Shown here: positions 58,251 through 64,000 of the stretch, piece by piece
Layout: every line of letters starts with the position of its first letter
How positions within the stretch are numbered: position 1 is the stretch's first letter
Assembly: GCF_009914755.1 (NCBI RefSeq)
Contig: NC_060934.1
DNA from: the human T2T-CHM13v2.0 reference genome, Homo sapiens
Strand: one strand, 5' to 3'
DNA length: 64,000 nucleotides
Made by a program: the position numbers and the translations under genes
Notes under the pieces: generated by a model
Databases searched by the model: none
Seen by the model: only the letters and a program-made list of their open reading frames with translations
What the model was told of the DNA's origin: nothing

Positions 58251-59973
58251 CTGGGACATGGGGAGAGGAGGCGGCCCTGGTGAGCGACGCGTTTGCCCGC
58301 CCGGACGCTCCACGCCCCGGCCAAGCCCGGGCCCCGCATCCAAACTGCGCATTCCTGCCTTGCGCCCCTGCTTTGCGCGCGCCCAGAGTGTTTGGGAGAG
58401 GCAGGAAGTGGGAGCCACACAGTTTCTGGATGGGGAGATCATTTCGATAGGTTTATCTTGAATAGGGGGATACCTTGAACCCAATACCCCAAGGTTAGAG
58501 GTTTAGAAGACGAAGGTCAAGTGATTTGAAGAATACTGCTATTCCAGTCGCGTATCTGGGCAGCGGGGCTAACTGCTACCCTTCCCTCACCCGCTGGCGC
58601 CGCACCCTCGAGTGGCCCTGGCCTGGCAGGCCTGGCAGGGTATGCGGCTGGCTCTCGAAACTTCCCTCGGGGATCTCTTGTCTGCTCCCAGAGGCTTTCC
58701 GTCGCTTGTGGTCAGGGGAAAGGTCGCCGACTGGACATAGGGAATAAAGCAAAGGAGCATTGCCGCCCCGGCTCTCTTTAAGCTATTTCCTTTGATCTTT
58801 TAGGAAAAGGGGGAAACTTTCTAAAGGAGTTGGTGGTTTGTGGAGGAAAGCTGCAGAACCCAAAAACACCGTCGGGCCGTTTCCCGACTAAGGGAGGGTT
58901 AAAAGTACGGCAAGCTCTGTCCCATCATGTAAGGTAAAAAGACCTCAGGAAAAGCACATTCAAAGGGGGAGGAGGCAGAGGCAGCCAGGAGCCTGGAGCG
59001 TGGCCTGGGGCGCTGCGCTCCCTCACGGGTCCGGGAGGTGTCGCGCGCGGCCGCCAGCGAGCCCAGCCGCTCCCCGAGGCTTGCGCGCCTGCGCCGGAGC
59101 CTCCTGGGTTTCTGCCTCTTTAAACACTTTGAAATGCAATTCCACCCGAAACGACTGGTAGTAACATTTTGACGAAACCGAATCTCTGTTTTACTAAGCA
59201 GCGACGCCGCAGAACAAGCAGCTGATGCAATCGTTCAGGTGGAGGCGGCTAGGACGGCCGCCCCTCCCCGGCGGGGCGCCCGGGGAGCCGCCGGATCGGG
59301 CCAGGCAGAGCCTGCCCTCCACTCACCGGCAGTCTGAGCAGCTGGCCCACCCGCAAGCTACCGCCCCCCCCAGCATACCCCTCACCCCGCTAAACTCAAA
59401 CCCGGCCCCGCAGGCCCGGGGCCTCCCCCTCCGGGTTCGCCGCGGGCCCAGCCGAGCCGCGCTCACGCCCGGGACTCCCTGGCGGGAGGCGACCTTCCCG
59501 ACTCCTTGGGCCAGGCGAGCCGCGGGGCTCTGGCGAGGGGCTCGAGTGACCGAAGAGAAGTCCGCGGAGCCTGAGCCTGGACTCCCCGACTGCTCGGCTT
59601 CGCCTGTTTCTCTGCACCGAGCTCAGTCCTTTTTCCTCGCCCTCAGCCGCGCACCGGCACCCACAGTCCGGAGAGGGGCAAATAACCCCCAACTCCGAGG
59701 TCCAGGCAGCGGAGGGCCGAGGGGCAGCTCCTGGCGCCCTTAGTCTCCACCAAGCTCTTTGGAGCTGCCCCGACGAATTGATCCCTCATGTTTTAAGATA
59801 GGAGCCCCTTAACATGAGAATGCGCGAGCCCTGGAGGGGCAGACCTGCACTCCCAGGGAACTCCGGGCCCTTTCCCGTCCACCCGCCCGCGTTGCCACGG
59901 GACCCCGTCACAGCTCACCACCCCCACCCCTCCGGGCCGCAGGCGGGCAGGGTCCCCAGGGGAGTGCGCATAC

Positions 59974-60161
59974 CCGGTCCTCCGGTGTCTCAGGCCGAGG
60001 TTGTCCTTGAGGGGCGGGCCGTCGGGAATGCCCACCTCGGGGCGGGCGTGAGGACTGTCCAGGACACCGCTGTAGGGCCGGCCACCCCGCTCCCGCTCCG
60101 AGGCGCCTCCGTCCTCAAACAGCACCGCACCGCTGAGCTTGTTGAAGACGATGGTGTTCAT
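59974..60161 (-). CDS. MKX: MKX exon 2 coding part (MNTIVFNKLSG...LRHRRTG), 188 nt; exon starts at about 60243 with 82 nt of 5'UTR
   Basis: ATG at 60161 in gacaccATGa context. Acceptor cttcctctcctAG (60245-60244). Donor GG|GTATGC at 59974/59973, phase 2. Confidence 0.97.
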
Positions 60162-61249
60162 GGTGTCGGTTGGTAGGGACGCGCGGCGCGGCCGCAGAGC
60201 CTCGGGGCTGGGCCGCCGGGAGCTCCGCAGCGGGGCTCGGCTTCTAGGAGAGGAAGGTGCATCTCGTTACTTACTGGCTGAGAGTGCTCAGACCCCTGCA
60301 GGTTCAGGGCCTTGAACTTGGCCGGGTCGCCGGGCTGCGGAGCCGAGGGGAGGAGCGGCGCCGCCGCAACTGGCAGGGACCCTGCGGCTCTCCCCAGTTG
60401 GCTACACGCCCCCGCCCCTGCAGGTTCCCCGGACAGGTACCTGCCCTCTTCCTTGCCTGGGCGATCGATCCCCCCAATCCCTTCACTCCCCAGAACTACA
60501 ACCGGGAATCATTCACCCGCAGAGGCAAAGGAAACGAATTCCCAAACGAGCCTCTGGGTTTCAGTTTGAATCTGGGAGAGGCATACTCCGGACTGCGGAG
60601 CGCGACCGGCGTGAGGCCGCGCGTGGTTCTTCAATCACAGCAGAAGACTAAAGCCTCTAGGAACCCCAACTCGGGGCGTCAGGAGGGGTTGGATGGAAGG
60701 GAAGATTTGGGGTAATGTGCCAACCGTATCCGCAAGACCCCCCAGCTCATGAGTCCCAGGCCATACCGGGATTTGGGGGATTTTCGTGTTTTCTAGATCG
60801 TGGATGGTTTGGTTGAAACCCCCGCATCTTCTGTCCGCCAAGGTCCCCCGGGGTGAGGTTGGGTTCAAGGACAGGAAAAAGTTAAGTGGCGTCAGGACGA
60901 AAGCACCACTTCTCCCCCTTCTCTCCCAGAATCTTCCTATCATCCCCCAACGCGCCCCGGGAAGTGCATGGTCCTAAGGTCCAAGGCGCCAGGACCCAGG
61001 TCCCCAGAGCCCTCAATCAGTGCCATTCTCTTCCGCAGCGCGGGTGTCAGCCGCGAGCTCGTAGCCCCTCGACACCCGCCTCTCTCTGGGGTCTCCGGGG
61101 ACCCTTTCAGAGGCTGTAAAGGTGTCAGAAGCCCAAGGCAGGAGGCAGCTTGGTCGGCGCACCTCCCGGGCCACTGCTGCCACTGTCGGGGAGAGCCAGC
61201 AGCTCACCTCTGGGGTCGCGGAGGCCCTGAGCCTCTGCCTGCCGCGCAC

Positions 61250-61454
61250 GGGCGTCAGGAGCAAGTCCGCGCGGCCGCGGAGCCGCAGAGTTACAGCCCC
61301 AAGGCGCGCGGCGGACTTCGCCCGCCCCATCTCCTCGCCTCGCGCCTCGGGACAGCTCCCGTTTCCTCCGAGCGGCCTCAGCTTCGCTGCCAGCGCCCCC
61401 TTTGCCCGCCCAGCCGCGGCATGGGCTGCTACTCCACTAACACACGCGCGCGCG

Positions 61455-61496
<42 letters not shown>

Positions 61497-61694
61497 GCCT
61501 CGCCAAGCGCCCACACTCGCCAACGCCCCCGCCCCGCCCTTCGGCCACCGCAGCAGAGGCCACGCGTGACATTTAGGACCACGCGTGACCACCGCGATCA
61601 AACGACGGCTACGGTCTGTGTTCGTAGGGAAGTGAAGTCAGACCTCTGCTGGATGTCGTGTGTCCCCTAGGACTGCGTCCTCCCGCGCAGACAG
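61250..61694 (+). ncRNA. MKX-AS1: Probable first exon of antisense lncRNA MKX-AS1 (start approximate)
   Basis: Strong plus-strand donor CAG|GTACGT at 61694/61695 in the CpG island. I recall an antisense lncRNA at the MKX 5' end; the boundaries are inferred. Confidence 0.5.
61440..61492. repeat. Compound (CG)5-(CA)n microsatellite
   Basis: acacacgcgcgcgcgcatacacaca... Confidence 0.95.
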
Positions 61695-62165
61695 GTACGT
61701 GCCTGGGGTGTGCACATAGCCTCGGTGATAAGTGTCAAAGAGAATTTTCGTGCTTGCAGCCCCTGTTCTACAGTCAAGACTCGCGTTGGTGTTTTCTTTT
61801 AAAATCATGCCCTTAGGGATGTGTGTTCATGCTGCTTTATTTGTACAAGACACCCTTCCCCGGCCCGGCCTTCTCCGAGCCACCCCAGCGCGTCCTCCTA
61901 GATGCGACGACGTGTTTTTCCTAGCGAAGTCATCACGAGGTTAGCCACCTCGGACACTTCCCCGGCAGCCCCAAGCCCACGCAGAGATCGCAGACACAGA
62001 CACCCGGCGCGCTGTAGGTCTGCAGGCAGCAGGCTCAGAGGCAAGCGATGGCAAAGGTCCGAGCGCTGTCCTGTCGCAAGGGGTCCGGGGGCGTGTGAAC
62101 CACACTTGCTGACCCTCCCAGGACTCCCGCGCGCGGCCACCCGCGCCTCTTCTCAAATCACTTAC

Positions 62166-62280
62166 CCCGATTCACTCCAGACTGTGGCCGGGGAGGTCAC
62201 TCCCTGCAGAAGTGTCCCCCTCCCCCAACGCCGGCGAATAATTTTAAAGCAAAGGAGGCGCGGCCAGGTGGGCTCCCAAG
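62166..62280 (-). other. MKX: MKX non-coding exon 1 (5'UTR); 5' end approximate, could extend to about 62560
   Basis: Consensus donor GGG|GTAAGT at 62166/62165 inside the CpG island. No ATG in 62166-62280. The TSS cannot be determined from sequence. Confidence 0.75.
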
Positions 62281-63710
62281 CTCCGCGCAGACCCTTGGGC
62301 CAGCCTTGGCCGCTACCCGAGCGCCTCTCCACCAGACCTTGGAGGGAAGTTGGGGGAAGGGCGGGAGAGCACCGGCGCCCAGGGCGCAGGGGCCAGAGCG
62401 AGCCTGGCGTTCCGCCGCAGCCGGCTGAGACTCGGCGACGCGGGGGCTGTACCTGTGGCTGCGGGGCCGACGGCCGGCTGCAGGGCGGCTGGCTCTCCCG
62501 CCTCGAGACTAGGCGCACTCCCATCCCCGCCGCATGTTCTCCACGCGGGCTCCAGCGCGCTCACCACCGCCACCGCCGTCGTCTCGGCTTTATTTACCCA
62601 GCCCGGCGCGCGCCGCCCGGGAACAGGAATAGCGAGGCCTTCTCATGTTTCCTGACTGCCGGTCCCAGCCGGCGAACATCCTGCGGGCGCGGTATCCACG
62701 TTCCCGGGCGGGTGGAGAGGAAGCGTCCGCGCCCGCCCGGCCGCGGGGGCTGCTGTTAACCCCTAGCAGAGGAGCCGCTGCCGGGGAGCCCCGGGCCCGC
62801 CGAGTCCTCCGGAGCCGGGCGCGGCTCCCAGATCCGCCGGCCTTGCAGTCGTGGAGCAGACGGGGCTTTTCCCTTCGCACTTTAGGAGAGAAATTGGAGA
62901 AGCTGCCGGGAGCGCTCGGCTCCGGCTCCAGAAGCTGAGAGGCTGCGGTGCAAATCCCGTGTCTTAGCTGGCCCGATTGCCGGAAATTTCACTGCGCGTG
63001 GCTAGGCGGGAGAGGCCACTGTGACGCGCCCTGTATTTTCCTCTCGATTAGCTGGAGGGAAGTTAGAGCTCCGTTTTGCACCTACAGCCCTGGAGCGTAT
63101 TGCGGGAAGTGCTAGTGCCCAGGAGCCTCTTTTCTGATGTCACTGGGCTTCTGGGGTCCTAGTTGTCTCAGTCAAAGCCAGGCACACATTCACCTCCGGG
63201 GCAAGGGCTGGTGAGGCTGCCCTCGCCGCTGGGTATAGGGATGGGGGAAAGCAAGGATGGGATGAGTTCAGCCCAGGTGGCCAACCCGCGGTGGCCCAAG
63301 TGCAGAAGAGGAAGCGCGCCCAAAGCCAAGGATCTGCACGCAGCAAAGGAGATGGAACTTAGAAGAATCACAAGCTGGGACACAGGGCAAAGAGAGAGAA
63401 TGGCTACCAGATTCTCTGATTGATGATACTTTGCTTCCTAACATTACCGCAAATATAAGTAGCGAAAGCGGCGGTTTAGGTGCAACTGCAAGCTCAGAGC
63501 TTCTGGCAGCCCAGAAGATCCCCAAGGTGCCAACACGAAGCTGCCTGCGCTCTCGCCGAAGGCCCTGTGGTCCTAGCGAACTTTCGCCCTTTTTAAAGAA
63601 CAAACTTAGATTCCCCCCCACCAAGCTTAAAGAAATAGCGCCATTTGTCCTTTTCCCCTCTAAATGCGGCTGGCCAGAGCCGGGGCAGTGGCCCACCTTA
63701 GCATCTTCTT

Positions 63711-63757
63711 CGTGTGTGTGTGTGTGTGTGCGCGTGTGTGTGTGTGTGTTTGTGTGT
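63711..63757. repeat. (TG)n microsatellite with internal CGCG
   Basis: Read directly. Confidence 0.95.
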
Positions 63758-64000
63758 TGGGGGGGTCGCTAGAAGTGCTTAAAATATATACCAAAACTAT
63801 TATTTTAAAGACTAATCACACCCTCAAATTTCATATGTGTCACCTCCCAAATTACGCGATAGCAAACCGTTGTGCAGGGGTACAATGTAAACCATAAAGG
63901 AAGGCCGGTTTACATTTTTGCGCACCAGGAAGATACAAAGTATCATTGGAGCACGTTCTGATGTCCTCGGTTCTCTTTTGTTATATAACTTGCTGTTGCA

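Larger units (their letters stand above)
57900..63600. promoter_or_regulatory. Large CpG island / MKX promoter region
   Basis: Abrupt rise in GC and CpG density compared with the AT-rich intron. GC boxes (e.g. ccccgccccgccc 61527-61539). Spans exons 1-3. Confidence 0.93.

Noticed and set aside
60269-60277. Minus-strand donor-like CCA|GTAAGT just upstream of exon 2
   Set aside because: It is only about 30 nt from the exon 2 acceptor, too short for an intron, and overlaps the probable branch point.
59225-63772. Long ORFs in the CpG island (e.g. 61902-62759 285 aa, 60968-61576 202 aa, 61013-61582, 59225-59743)
   Set aside because: They are Arg/Pro/Gly/Ala-rich, overlap in several frames and strands, run through microsatellites and show no recognisable domain. 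This is expected from the scarcity of stop codons in GC-rich DNA.

Overview
Human-type genomic DNA (primate Alu, THE1/MST and L1P repeats) holding the 5' part of MKX (Mohawk, a TALE-class, Iroquois-related homeobox gene) on the minus strand. It has a non-coding exon 1 (donor at 62166/62165) and coding exons 2-5: CDS 60161-59974, 58250-58091, 52121-51968 and 51538-51203. These give 838 nt (279 codons + 1 nt), and every junction is GT-AG and phase-consistent. Positions 1-51202 are the long intron after exon 5; the last coding exons lie beyond the left edge. A large CpG island (~57.9-63.6 kb) covers the promoter and exons 1-3 and probably the first exon of the antisense lncRNA MKX-AS1. The introns carry 19 Alus or Alu fragments, L1/L2/MIR pieces, MaLR solo LTRs, DNA-transposon fossils and microsatellites. 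I see no support for a wholly new biological system. The best unexplained signals are: (1) a non-Alu 46-53 bp inverted repeat in intron 3; (2) a very strong orphan splice acceptor at 34949 that would add a short alternative C-terminus in frame with exon 5; (3) a CpG-containing motif cluster with a plus-strand splice donor near 6.3-6.7 kb; and (4) a convergent MKX/MKX-AS1 promoter bracketed by Z-DNA-prone repeats. Repeat family names and boundaries were assigned by eye and are approximate.
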